A stretch of DNA of 47,252 bases from an uncultured Flavobacteriaceae bacterium (GCA_964458125.1 CAYWHE010000002.1:2202-49453), one strand, 5' to 3'. Shown: positions 23,001 to 28,648, counted from the first letter of the stretch. Made by a program: numbers and translations. Notes: a model not told the origin generated them from the letters alone.

Positions 23001-24403
23001 AGGCTGCTGGTGACATTTTGCTTGTGTGCAAACCACCAGGTGTTCATGGTATTGTTATTTCCGATGGAGTTTTCCGTATTCACAGGGGAGGAAACCCAGG
23101 TATGACAAGGGAAAGCACATCCCGACAGGTTTGTGGTTCCGCCAACAAGCTGATCATTGTAAAATAAGGAATCCACAAATAAACCGGCCCCCGGACGAAT
23201 GACACTCATCGAAAAACCATTCTCATGGTTTTCAACGTCATACATGGGAAAGTTGACTTCTCCGGATTCCACGTTTACAATTGCCGTGATGGTATTACCG
23301 GCAGGAATATATGCACCCAACCCGTCTTTTCCATCCCAGTGTAGGCAGTTTTGTCCCTGTGGCGTGCCGGGAAAACTCAGGATCCGGTCAGCGGTTCCGG
23401 GATTGTAAACCCCGTTTCCGTTCCGGTCAATTAGGATAGTTACATCAGACTTTTTAGTCAGGTTCACATTGATGCAAATCGAATCGAGCACACAACGTGT
23501 CAGGGAAATAGGCGCATTCAGGAACTGCATGGTTCCGCTGGGAAAAACAACCTGGTCAGGATCCTGCAAGAAAAGTTTAAGTTCTGCGGGAACGAAAAAT
23601 CCCGGTTTTGATTTTCTGTCATTCGAAGCATTGCCTGTATTGGTGCAGCCCCAACTATTACAGGAGGCCCTGAATTTATAGGGTTTGATTCCGTTCATAT
23701 GGACCCTGGTGACAGAACTGTCGGAACCGTATATGTAAAAACTGCCCATAAACTGGCCGGAATAGGAGGAGGTGTTGAAGCTCCAGTTGTAAGAGAACAA
23801 CCTTCCTGGAATAGCCGTGTTGGTGGGAGTATTGACCACTGTAATATCAAAGATGCCGAAATTGATTTCCGAGTTGGTAGTGGCAGTGGTCCCTGACGCT
23901 TCGTTAAATTCAATGTAATAATTTCCCGGCAATCCGGCTGTAGGCGTGATTACAAAGGCATTGTAACCCAGGGAACTGAGAACGGCCGGCCCGTTAACGG
24001 CCTGTTTGTGGTAGGAGATAAATCCCTGGGAACCGGTCGTTTTTGGAAGGAGGGTGGGACCGGAAATGATGACTCCATTCGGATTTTTTACCCTGAAGTA
24101 CCAATCCGTATTGCTGCTGCGTTGCCCCATGCCAAAGTAAATTTTTTCATTCACCGGGTCGCTGATCCGGATGTTTAACCGGTTGGTATCTGTGGCGTTA
24201 TAACAAGCAAAGGAACCCCAGGTGGTTCCGTTCAGGATCATGATGGAGGATGATTTTGTGGTGTCCGGTCTGAATTGGGGCGATCCTTCCGAATGTAATT
24301 CCCGGTTTATACCAAATAGCAACACAACGGATATCAATAACGTGTTTACCGAATAAATTTTGAAAGGGAAATTTCCCGGAAACATGGGATTTTTTTTCGT
24401 CAT
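14042..24403 (-). CDS. Giant SprB-repeat adhesin (3,453 aa) with T9SS type-B sorting domain
   Basis: Single 10.36-kb ORF starting at ATG 24403, with a second in-frame ATG at codon 7. It has a signal peptide and a ~570-aa unique N-terminal region unlike that of the downstream paralogue. It carries 34 SprB-type repeats (7 private, 27 shared). The C-terminal Ig-like and type-B CTD region is almost identical to the downstream gene. A 77-nt gap separates it from the next gene. Confidence 0.9.
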   Translation of the reverse strand: MTKKNPMFPGNFPFKIYSVNTLLISVVLLFGINRELHSEGSPQFRPDTTKSSSIMILNGTTWGSFACYNATDTNRLNIRISDPVNEKIYFGMGQRSSNTDWYFRVKNPNGVIISGPTLLPKTTGSQGFISYHKQAVNGPAVLSSLGYNAFVITPTAGLPGNYYIEFNEASGTTATTNSEINFGIFDITVVNTPTNTAIPGRLFSYNWSFNTSSYSGQFMGSFYIYGSDSSVTRVHMNGIKPYKFRASCNSWGCTNTGNASNDRKSKPGFFVPAELKLFLQDPDQVVFPSGTMQFLNAPISLTRCVLDSICINVNLTKKSDVTILIDRNGNGVYNPGTADRILSFPGTPQGQNCLHWDGKDGLGAYIPAGNTITAIVNVESGEVNFPMYDVENHENGFSMSVIRPGAGLFVDSLFYNDQLVGGTTNLSGCAFPCHTWVSSPVNTENSIGNNNTMNTWWFAHKQNVTSSLSVPDYLVTNAGADQSVCVTVSGSDSVTLNGSIAFSSAAYSGSKQWTSSGSGVFYPDDSSYSVKYFPSAADINAGSVSLFLAPRYGCSTPKDTMVLTLRKKPQVTTAQSDINCFGQTTGTISLTVSNSNSPYSFNWSNGATLQNISNAASGTYTVTVTSALGCTATTSATLSQPASALSGSASSTADVSCFNGSNGAISTVAAGGTAPYSWQWSNGAISQNISGLQAGIYTVSVTDNNGCTLQLSAISISQPAASVAAFVSSNTDVTCTGGSNGAITLNVSGGTAPYQFNWSNGNSTQDISNLAAGNYSVTVTDSQGCSKTVNGISISQPSASLTVSAVSINPVACFGNTSGSINLSVNGGTTPYVYQWSNGAISQDLNNIPAGSYAVTVTDGHGCTTIAASLVVSQPAQPVTGTATTASNVSCNSGANGSINLQVTGGTPGYSYLWSNGSGNQNVSGLYAGTYVVTITDSKGCSSTASATISQPAGSLNSSITVTQQVLCYAGGNGSINLNSTGGTPPYNYQWSNGASSEDISNLAAGSYTVTVTDQNGCINVSTGVIMEPSGPLTAGITAVTEVSCFGGGNGAVDLTVSGGTSPYTYLWNTGSQAEDPASLPAGSYTVTVTDSHGCTTGQAGISVTQPPAALNAVLSNTTAVSCYSGNNGSMSLLVSGGTAPYTYNWSNGGTTSTISQLSSGSYSVVVTDAHGCSISLENLVISQPAAPLSVSTGSLTAVSCNGGSNGSISLNVSGGTAGYTYLWNNGATTSQISSLSAGVYTATVTDALGCSAVSSAIALAQPATALNTSVAGLAQVSCNNGSNAWINLNVSGGTPPYAFIWSNGASTQNISGITAGSYTVTVTDANGCTTLNSSISVSQPLAPLNASTVSASPASCYGGNNGSITLLVSGGTSPYSFAWNSGEVSQNISNLSSGSYTVSISDANGCTTSLPAIVIAQPAAPLNPAVVSVNHAGCFGFSNGSVSLSVSGGTAPYSFLWSNGASSQNITSLPAGSYSVTVTDFNGCLAAIQAILIDEPPAALAASVSSISNVSCNGGSNGALQITVAGGTAPYSFLWNNGATTEAISGLSTGNYSVTITDLNGCVDDISSILISQPLNPVQASASSTSNVACHGNASGSIDLQVSGGTPGYTYLWSNGHQSQDLNNIPAGSYTVTVTDDNGCIFTAAAIQVTQPAAPISASATTTSNVSCNSGANGAIQLAVNGGTAPYSFLWSNGASTQNIAGLYAGNYVVTITDANGCVSNSSTSISQPPGSLNSSINVSQQVLCFGGQNGSINLSATGGTPPYSFQWSNGETTEDIAGLQAGTYSVIVIDNNGCINVSSAVIAQPAATLSVGITAQSAVACFGGSNGSVDLTVSGGTPPYAFNWSNGASTEDQFALPAGSYTVSVTDANGCSVSQSAISIAGPPEPLSASISAAAQVDCFGGNNGALTVLAAGGTPPYSYLWNNGSSSSAASQLSAGTYSVLVSDANGCFTSLNNLLVSQPVNPLTISASSISPVSCFGGNNGAVNLSVNGGTASYSFHWSNGASSQNLSAVQAGQYSVTVTDANGCSGQVNAISVPQPPLALSSSLAASADVSCFGGSNGSIFLNVAGGTAPYTFNWSNGSSSQNNSAIPAGSYTVTVTDDNGCSTVQTGLVIAQPPAALVAQVSASSDVACFGGNNGSLNLSVAGGTAPYTFNWSNGAQSQNIASLPAGSYSVAITDANGCSTSLPAITIEQPAAALSAAVTSSTPVACFGNNTGNISLSVAGGTSPYAFAWSNGASSQNLSAIPSGSYNVTITDDHGCITSIAAISIAQPPAALQAALAGNTPVDCFGNNSGALSLNVAGGTAPYAFNWSNGSQSQNLSSVPAGSYSVSITDANGCNTSLAGLNISQPPAALASAVASSSNVDCYGAASGSISLSSSGGTPPYSFFWSNGSSLQNITGLTAGSYAVTVTDDNGCSNTLAAILVSQPAAPLAGSAITTQNVSCNSGGNGTVSLSVNGGSPPYAFLWSNAASTQNISGLYSGSYFVTVTDANGCLFHASANVSQPPGALSSSIAVTLQVDCYGNHSGAIALSPAGGTPPYAYLWSNGATSQNLSNLPSGIYSTTITDANGCINTAAAMVTQPAAPLNPSLASTTNVDCFGAGNGVLAVAASGGTAPYTFLWNNGQAAASVSGLQPGSYTVTVTDANGCSAILPALLISQPAAALSASVSSNSPVDCFGGMNGALSLATNGGTPPYNYLWSNGALSSSIANLMAGSYDATITDANGCVFQVTGLAVIQPPAALNANTSAITSVSCFGGNNGAISLSVTGGTAPYAYLWNTGDTLASLAGLDSGAYAVQVTDINGCSTSLSGIAVSQPLAPLAPTATVLQHVDCFGGVNGLIDLNTAGGTVPYTFLWSNGDTNEDAANLSSGTYTVIVTDANGCTGTASAKIGQPDTILVANISSVTDVACYGELTGLINISVQGGTYPYYYLWSNGMTTKTISGLAAGSYSVTVTDSKGCSFALSAGVSQPAAALTATIAVTQQVLCFGAPTGAIDLQPANGTPPYSFYWSNGNTSEDLAGAGAGTYTVTLTDANGCTILASATIGQPSGALVPLAQISQLIDCYNNPTGAIDLSVTMGTPPYAYLWSNGATSQDIASLNAGTYTVTVTDANGCTASLSVVMAQPLSPLSASAHTTAANCLFGSGGTITTFVNGGTAPYVFNWSNGATSQNLQQLLAGSYTVTITDARGCNTTAVYSIADNSIFHAVATGPTEVCIGELVTLSADSIPGVVYQWYLNGQPLQGANSFTFTTPAAGSYTVIVANACGSYVSEPISVTVHQVGQVSTSPNSIICTRDGESAQLYVYGGISYQWNPEQGLNYSNIYNPLAAPLQSTVYTVTITGEFGCQKTATIEVGIDCDTLVIPTGFSPNSDGINDGYTITGIENYPGNKIWIYNRWGNLIFKTHDYNNNWDGISNVSGIYIGKKVPPGTYFYVLDLNNDSKPVQGYITLRY
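14102..21029 (-). repeat. Copy B of the 6,928-bp perfect direct repeat (partner 5670-12597)
   Basis: See copy A. Confidence 0.95.
14822..22700 (-). repeat. Tandem array of 34 SprB-type coding repeats in the 3,453-aa gene; boundaries approximate
   Basis: Same repeat consensus as above. There are seven private repeats (SPYSFNW, APYSWQW, APYQFNW, TPYVYQW, PGYSYLW, PPYNYQW, SPYTYLW) followed by the 27 shared ones. Confidence 0.8.
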
Positions 24404-24709
24404 AGTATGAATAGGTTAAATGGAAACTACGGATTCCTGGTTAGAATTTATCATGTCGTTATACTTCACCATGACAAAAAAATTAATTCATTTTTTCCCA
24501 TATTCTTACAAAAGCCGGGAACTCCCTGGTATAAATCAGAATTCGCTAATTGAAAAATTTAAATTTATAAATAACTGAAATACAGTTAATAATGATTTTG
24601 CCCATAGGTTTTTCCCTGCATACGCCCTGCAAATCACTCATTGAATCAGCCAAACAATAAGATTCCCTGCCAAATTCTAACAATCATGCCGGTCGGGCCC
24701 GATTGTAAA

Positions 24710-24717
24710 TATTTTTG
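24710..24717 (+). promoter_or_regulatory. Candidate Bacteroidota -7 promoter box (TATTTTTG = TAnnTTTG) facing the micro-ORF and LytTR gene
   Basis: This is the only perfect TAnnTTTG on either strand of the 585-bp intergenic region 24404-24988. It ends 23 nt before the ATG at 24741. There is no convincing -33 TTG at the right spacing. Confidence 0.35.
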
Positions 24718-24740
24718 GTGGCTAATCCAGGTATCCGTTT

Positions 24741-24845
24741 ATGAAAAAAATGAAAAGGCTGTACCTCCGCTTTCGACTGATCAGTTTTCATGATATGCTG
24801 TTGTTTTTCATCATCCTCATCCTGCTTTTTTTTGTGATTTTATAA
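24741..24845 (+). CDS. Candidate 34-aa membrane micro-protein (below the ORF-track cutoff)
   Basis: ATG...TAA encodes MKKMKRLYLRFRLISFHDMLLFFIILILLFFVIL, a basic N-terminus followed by one hydrophobic helix. It lies just downstream of the -7 box and 143 nt upstream of the LytTR gene. There is no other support, and it could be a chance ORF in AT-rich DNA. Confidence 0.25.
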   Translation: MKKMKRLYLRFRLISFHDMLLFFIILILLFFVIL

Positions 24846-24988
24846 TGAAGGATGACTGGTTGAAATTTGGATAGGGAATATGAATTCCTGTCCGGCACAG
24901 GTATGATTTTCCGTAATGGGAGTAATCCCCATTTAATTTTTGTAAGGTATTTTTCAATTTCCTACCTTTCGCTGGAGGAAATATTCTT

Positions 24989-25735
24989 ATGATCCATTGC
25001 ATCATTATTGACGATGAAAAAATGTGCATCAGTACGCTGGAACTGACGCTGCAGGTTCATTGTCCGGACGTTATCATTGATGCTACCTGTTCCAGCGCGG
25101 AGGAGGGTATGAAAGCCATTGAAAGGTTCCGTCCTGAAGTGGTTTTCCTGGATATAGAAATGCCCCGTATGAACGGCTTTGATATGCTGGAAAGAATAAG
25201 CCCTGTTAATTTTCATATCGTTTTTACCACCGCCTACAACCAGTTTGCCATTAAAGCTTTCCGGTACAGCGCGCTCAATTACCTGCTAAAGCCCATAGAT
25301 CCCGATGAGCTCAGGGAGACGGTACATCGCATCCTGCAGGTCCGAAGGGCTCCTTCGAAAGAACAGTTTGAACTGCTGCTTGAATCCATCCGGCACAGCG
25401 AACCCCGGACACAGCGAATTGCCTTGTCTACCGGTGACGGCTTGTTGTTTGTACAGACTTCCGATATCCTTTATTGCCAGTCTGAAAGTAATTACACCTA
25501 CGTTTACCTGGTCAATGGCGACAGACACCTTCTGGCCAGGCCCCTCAAGGAATTTGAGGACACTTTGTCCGGTGACCGGTTTTACAGGATACACAATTCC
25601 TACCTCGTGAATCTGGATCAGATTAAAAAATTTGTTCGTGGTGACGGGGGATACGTCATCATGAATGACGGTACCCAGATCACGATCGCCAGGGCCAGGA
25701 GGGAAGAGTTTTTTAACCTGTTTGATAAATTTTAG
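24989..25735 (+). CDS. Two-component response regulator, LytR/AlgR (LytTR DNA-binding) family
   Basis: 248 aa. The receiver domain is recognisable (IIIDDE...VVFLDIEMPRMNGFDML...LLKP), as is the C-terminal LytTR domain (ILYCQSESNYTYVYL...FYRIHNSYLVNLD). No histidine-kinase gene lies on either side. Confidence 0.9.
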   Translation: MIHCIIIDDEKMCISTLELTLQVHCPDVIIDATCSSAEEGMKAIERFRPEVVFLDIEMPRMNGFDMLERISPVNFHIVFTTAYNQFAIKAFRYSALNYLLKPIDPDELRETVHRILQVRRAPSKEQFELLLESIRHSEPRTQRIALSTGDGLLFVQTSDILYCQSESNYTYVYLVNGDRHLLARPLKEFEDTLSGDRFYRIHNSYLVNLDQIKKFVRGDGGYVIMNDGTQITIARARREEFFNLFDKF

Positions 25736-25957
25736 CTGACCTTTTCAGGAAATAATTTCATTTCGGGAATCCTTTTCCGGCTGCCAAAGGAAGCAAATTC
25801 TCACGGAAGGATATTTCGGATTTCATGTACATCTTGCCAAACACTAAGAAAAACTACCGGTCACTCAGTTTCATGTAAATAGGTTACCACGTTCCGTTTT
25901 TTTTGCACCGTCAATTCATCAAAACAGCGCCAATCTGTGAAATTACGGTTTTCAAAA

Positions 25958-26152
25958 ATGTGGGAAATAAACCGGCCTGACCCGCCATGTTTTTATACCG
26001 GCCTGGTTACCGTGTTGTTTACGGGATTTATAACTGCGTCTGCGGCAGCTTATCCTGTTTTCCTTTGGTACGGCTTTTCAGGTGGAACGTGTTTTGGAAT
26101 CCTGGCCGTTTGCGCCATGAATATTCAGAAAAGATATCTTTCAATCAGCTAA
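25958..26152 (+). CDS. Possible small two-TM membrane protein (hypothetical)
   Basis: 64 aa from ATG 25958 (the track ORF uses GTG 25937), with two hydrophobic helices (GLVTVLFTGFITASAAAYPVFLW; TCFGILAVCAM). No family is recognised, and an overlapping alternative-frame ORF exists. Confidence 0.2.
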   Translation: MWEINRPDPPCFYTGLVTVLFTGFITASAAAYPVFLWYGFSGGTCFGILAVCAMNIQKRYLSIS

Positions 26153-26178
26153 TCGTTAACACCAATAACTGAAAACCA

Positions 26179-28635
26179 ATGAAAAAAACAATTCAGATAG
26201 CCATATACGTAATTGGTCTGGCTGCAGGTTTGCCTTTAAATGCCCAGAACATTTTCCCGGCATCCGGGAGTACAGGAATCGGAACCAGCAGTCCGAATGC
26301 TTCGGCCCTGCTTGAAATAAAAAGCACATCGAAAGGTGTATTACTTCCTAAAATGACCAGGGCTCAACGCGATGCCATTGGCTCCCCGGCAACCGGTCTG
26401 CTGATTTATCAAACCGACAACGGCAAGGGTCTCTATCATTATGACGGAAATTCCTGGAAAAGTGTTACCGGCAGCAGTCCGGTCAGGGGTCTCAGCGAAA
26501 ACCTGTTCATCGGGCAAAGTGCAGGGGCGGGAAATATAGCCGGCGCTTCCAATATTGGCCTGGGGAAAGGGGCCCTGTTTACCAATTCAACTGCCAGCGG
26601 CCTGGTGGCCATCGGTGATTCGGCTTTATATAACAATTCGAGCGGTTATAAAAATACGGCGGTGGGCCATGCAGTTCTGAAGAATAACACCTCCGGACAG
26701 TATAACACTGCCTTTGGTTATTCAGCCCTGTCGGGTAACCAAACCGGTGCTGAAAATTCTGCCTTAGGTTCCCTGGCACTGATGAACAACACCATGGGAT
26801 ACAGCAATACCGCTGCAGGCGCAAGCACCCTGCTCAACAATGTGTCAGGGTACAACAATACCGCGATGGGAGCCAATTCTATGAAGATGAATGATTACGG
26901 ATATGAAAATACCGCATTGGGATCCTATGCCCTGTATTCCAATACCAATGGCAGCGGAAACCTGGCCGGAGGCTATAAGGCCCTTTACAACAATGCCGGA
27001 GGGAATACCAATGTGGCCCTGGGTCGTGAATCAATGATGTATAATACGGAGGGCAGCGATAACGTGGCGGTAGGATATTATTCACTCTATAATAATACGT
27101 ATGGTGATTACAATGTCGGATTGGGAACCGGTACGCTTATTTCCAATACGTCCGGTTCAGCCAATATCGGAATTGGAGGTTATGCCCTGGGCGCCAATAC
27201 AACGGGCAGTGGAAACATTGCATTAGGTCATGGCACGATGATTTCCAATACGACCGGTGATTACAACAATGCCATCGGAGATAATTCCTTGTATAAAAAT
27301 ACAACTGGAGGTATGAATAATGCTTATGGATACCAGGCCCTGTTTGAAAATACTTCAGGATCCAACAACACTTCCCTGGGTTCGGCAGCCCTATATAATA
27401 ATTTAACCGGAAATGGAAATACAGCTACGGGAAATAATGCCCTGAATAAAAATATCACCGGCAGCGACAATACGGCCAGCGGATTTTATGCCTTATATTT
27501 CAATACGACCGGGCAGTATAACTCATCCCTCGGGTTCTCATCGCTATATTCCAATACCACGGGTGATAATAATGCCGCTGTCGGCGCCAACGCTCTTTAC
27601 AGCAATACAACCGGTTTTTCCAATTCGGCCCATGGGGTGAACAGCTTAAATAACAATACAACGGGCTATTCAAATGTTGCCAACGGAGCCATGGCTCTGT
27701 ATTACAACTCCGCCGGCTTCCGCAACACGGCCGTGGGCTATGGCAGTGGCAGTTACAACGACAACAATACGTCCTGTACTTTTGTCGGTTATGATGCCGA
27801 TCAATCGGTGACTACTGATTTTACCAATTCCATGGCGCTGGGCAATTCCAGCAGGATTACGGCCAGCAACCAGGTTCGTATGGGAAATCCTTCCATCACC
27901 TCCATAGGAGGCTACGCAGGCTGGACCAACCTGAGTGATGGCCGGTACAAGAAGAATATCCGGGAACAGGTTTCCGGCATGAATTTTATCAGGCGCCTTC
28001 GCCCGGTTGTGTACAACCTGGATGTTAAAAAACTGAATGAAAAACTGGGTATTGAAGATGCCGATCCGGATGCTGTAAAAACCAGGGAGCTGGAATTGCA
28101 ATCCGGTTTTATAGCCCAGGAGGTGGAGGAGGCAGCACAGGCAACCGGCTATGTTTTCAGCGGTATTGACAAACCCAAAAATAATGAAGACCTGTATGGA
28201 TTGCGTTATGCCGAATTCGTGGTTCCGGTAGTGAAAGGTATACAGGAAATGGATGGTGATTTGGATAACCTGAAAAGGGAAGTAAAGGAAATACGCGAAG
28301 AAAACGTATATTTGATAAAGGCATTGGAAGAATTAAGGGCCGCCTTTGGACAGTCTGTTTCAACTGCCCGGATGCAGGTTCCTTCCACAGAAGCGCACTT
28401 CGAGATCCATCCAAACCCTGCCAGGGATGAGTTTGTGCTGACCTGCAACAAACAAATGCCGGATCAGACCCGGATTGAAATCATCAGCAGCGAAGGAAAG
28501 CTGGTTAAAACCGTCCCGGTGACTGAAAACAATATGCTGATCGGGACTTCAGATTTGGTGGCAGGCGCCTACCTTTTACTGGTTAAGGATGGTAAAATTG
28601 TTTCCGCCACCCTGAAACTGTTCATTACCCGGTGA
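26179..28635 (+). CDS. Secreted fibre protein: conserved N-module, 25 x 17-aa solenoid repeats, S74 intramolecular-chaperone-like (tail-fibre) domain, coiled coil, T9SS type-A sorting domain
   Basis: 818 aa with a signal peptide. The N-module reads GIGTSSP..LLEIKSTSKGVLLPKMTRAQRDAIGSPATGLLIYQTD..LYHYDG.SW. The S74-like segment reads LSDGRYKKNI...RPVVYNL...SGFIAQEVEEA...GLRYAEFVVPVVKGIQE. A heptad-like stretch follows (LDNLKREVKEIREENVYLIKALEELRA). The C-terminal Por-secretion-tail motif is FEIHPNPARDEFVL...GAYLLLV...KLFITR. Confidence 0.85.
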   Translation: MKKTIQIAIYVIGLAAGLPLNAQNIFPASGSTGIGTSSPNASALLEIKSTSKGVLLPKMTRAQRDAIGSPATGLLIYQTDNGKGLYHYDGNSWKSVTGSSPVRGLSENLFIGQSAGAGNIAGASNIGLGKGALFTNSTASGLVAIGDSALYNNSSGYKNTAVGHAVLKNNTSGQYNTAFGYSALSGNQTGAENSALGSLALMNNTMGYSNTAAGASTLLNNVSGYNNTAMGANSMKMNDYGYENTALGSYALYSNTNGSGNLAGGYKALYNNAGGNTNVALGRESMMYNTEGSDNVAVGYYSLYNNTYGDYNVGLGTGTLISNTSGSANIGIGGYALGANTTGSGNIALGHGTMISNTTGDYNNAIGDNSLYKNTTGGMNNAYGYQALFENTSGSNNTSLGSAALYNNLTGNGNTATGNNALNKNITGSDNTASGFYALYFNTTGQYNSSLGFSSLYSNTTGDNNAAVGANALYSNTTGFSNSAHGVNSLNNNTTGYSNVANGAMALYYNSAGFRNTAVGYGSGSYNDNNTSCTFVGYDADQSVTTDFTNSMALGNSSRITASNQVRMGNPSITSIGGYAGWTNLSDGRYKKNIREQVSGMNFIRRLRPVVYNLDVKKLNEKLGIEDADPDAVKTRELELQSGFIAQEVEEAAQATGYVFSGIDKPKNNEDLYGLRYAEFVVPVVKGIQEMDGDLDNLKREVKEIREENVYLIKALEELRAAFGQSVSTARMQVPSTEAHFEIHPNPARDEFVLTCNKQMPDQTRIEIISSEGKLVKTVPVTENNMLIGTSDLVAGAYLLLVKDGKIVSATLKLFITR
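26500..27774 (+). repeat. 25 uninterrupted 17-codon (51-bp) coding repeats, consensus N-[TVI]-A-x-G-x-x-[AS]-L-x-x-N-T-x-G-x-x
   Basis: aa 108-532 can be sliced into 25 units of exactly 17 residues with no indel, from NLFIGQSAGAGNIAGAS to NTAVGYGSGSYNDNNTS. 25 x 51 = 1,275 bp matches the interval. Confidence 0.85.
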
Positions 28636-28648
28636 TCATTCCTATTAT

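Noticed and set aside
24390-24397. A8 homopolymer in codons 3-5 of the 3,453-aa adhesin gene (ATG ACG AAA AAA AAT) as a slipped-strand phase-variation switch
   Set aside because: The tract is short for efficient slippage. An in-frame ATG (codon 7) directly downstream precedes the hydrophobic signal core, so a frameshift need not inactivate the gene. The true start may even be that second ATG.
5634-24403. Dozens of 60-350-aa ORFs on both strands inside the two giant adhesin genes (e.g. 5634-6689, 10785-11546, 14186-15121, 19217-19978)
   Set aside because: They lie antisense or out of frame within single uninterrupted 8.4-kb and 10.4-kb ORFs that have clear domain structure. Their translations are low-complexity (GDGDG-, P/S/T-rich) by-products of the Gly/Ser/Thr/Ala-rich repeat codons. 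They recur only because the DNA is duplicated.
24614-24670. Three CCCTGC hexamers (24614, 24625, 24665) in the adhesin/LytTR intergenic region as regulator sites
   Set aside because: The hexamers are short with irregular spacing (11 and 40 bp) and no extended conserved flanks, so they cannot be distinguished from chance.
26179-28635. Prophage or phage remnant inferred from tail-fibre/S74 similarity (also 40759-42663)
   Set aside because: No capsid, terminase, portal, baseplate, integrase or lysis genes occur anywhere in the window. Both proteins have Sec signal peptides and one has a T9SS CTD, so they are cellular surface proteins using a phage-like folding module.
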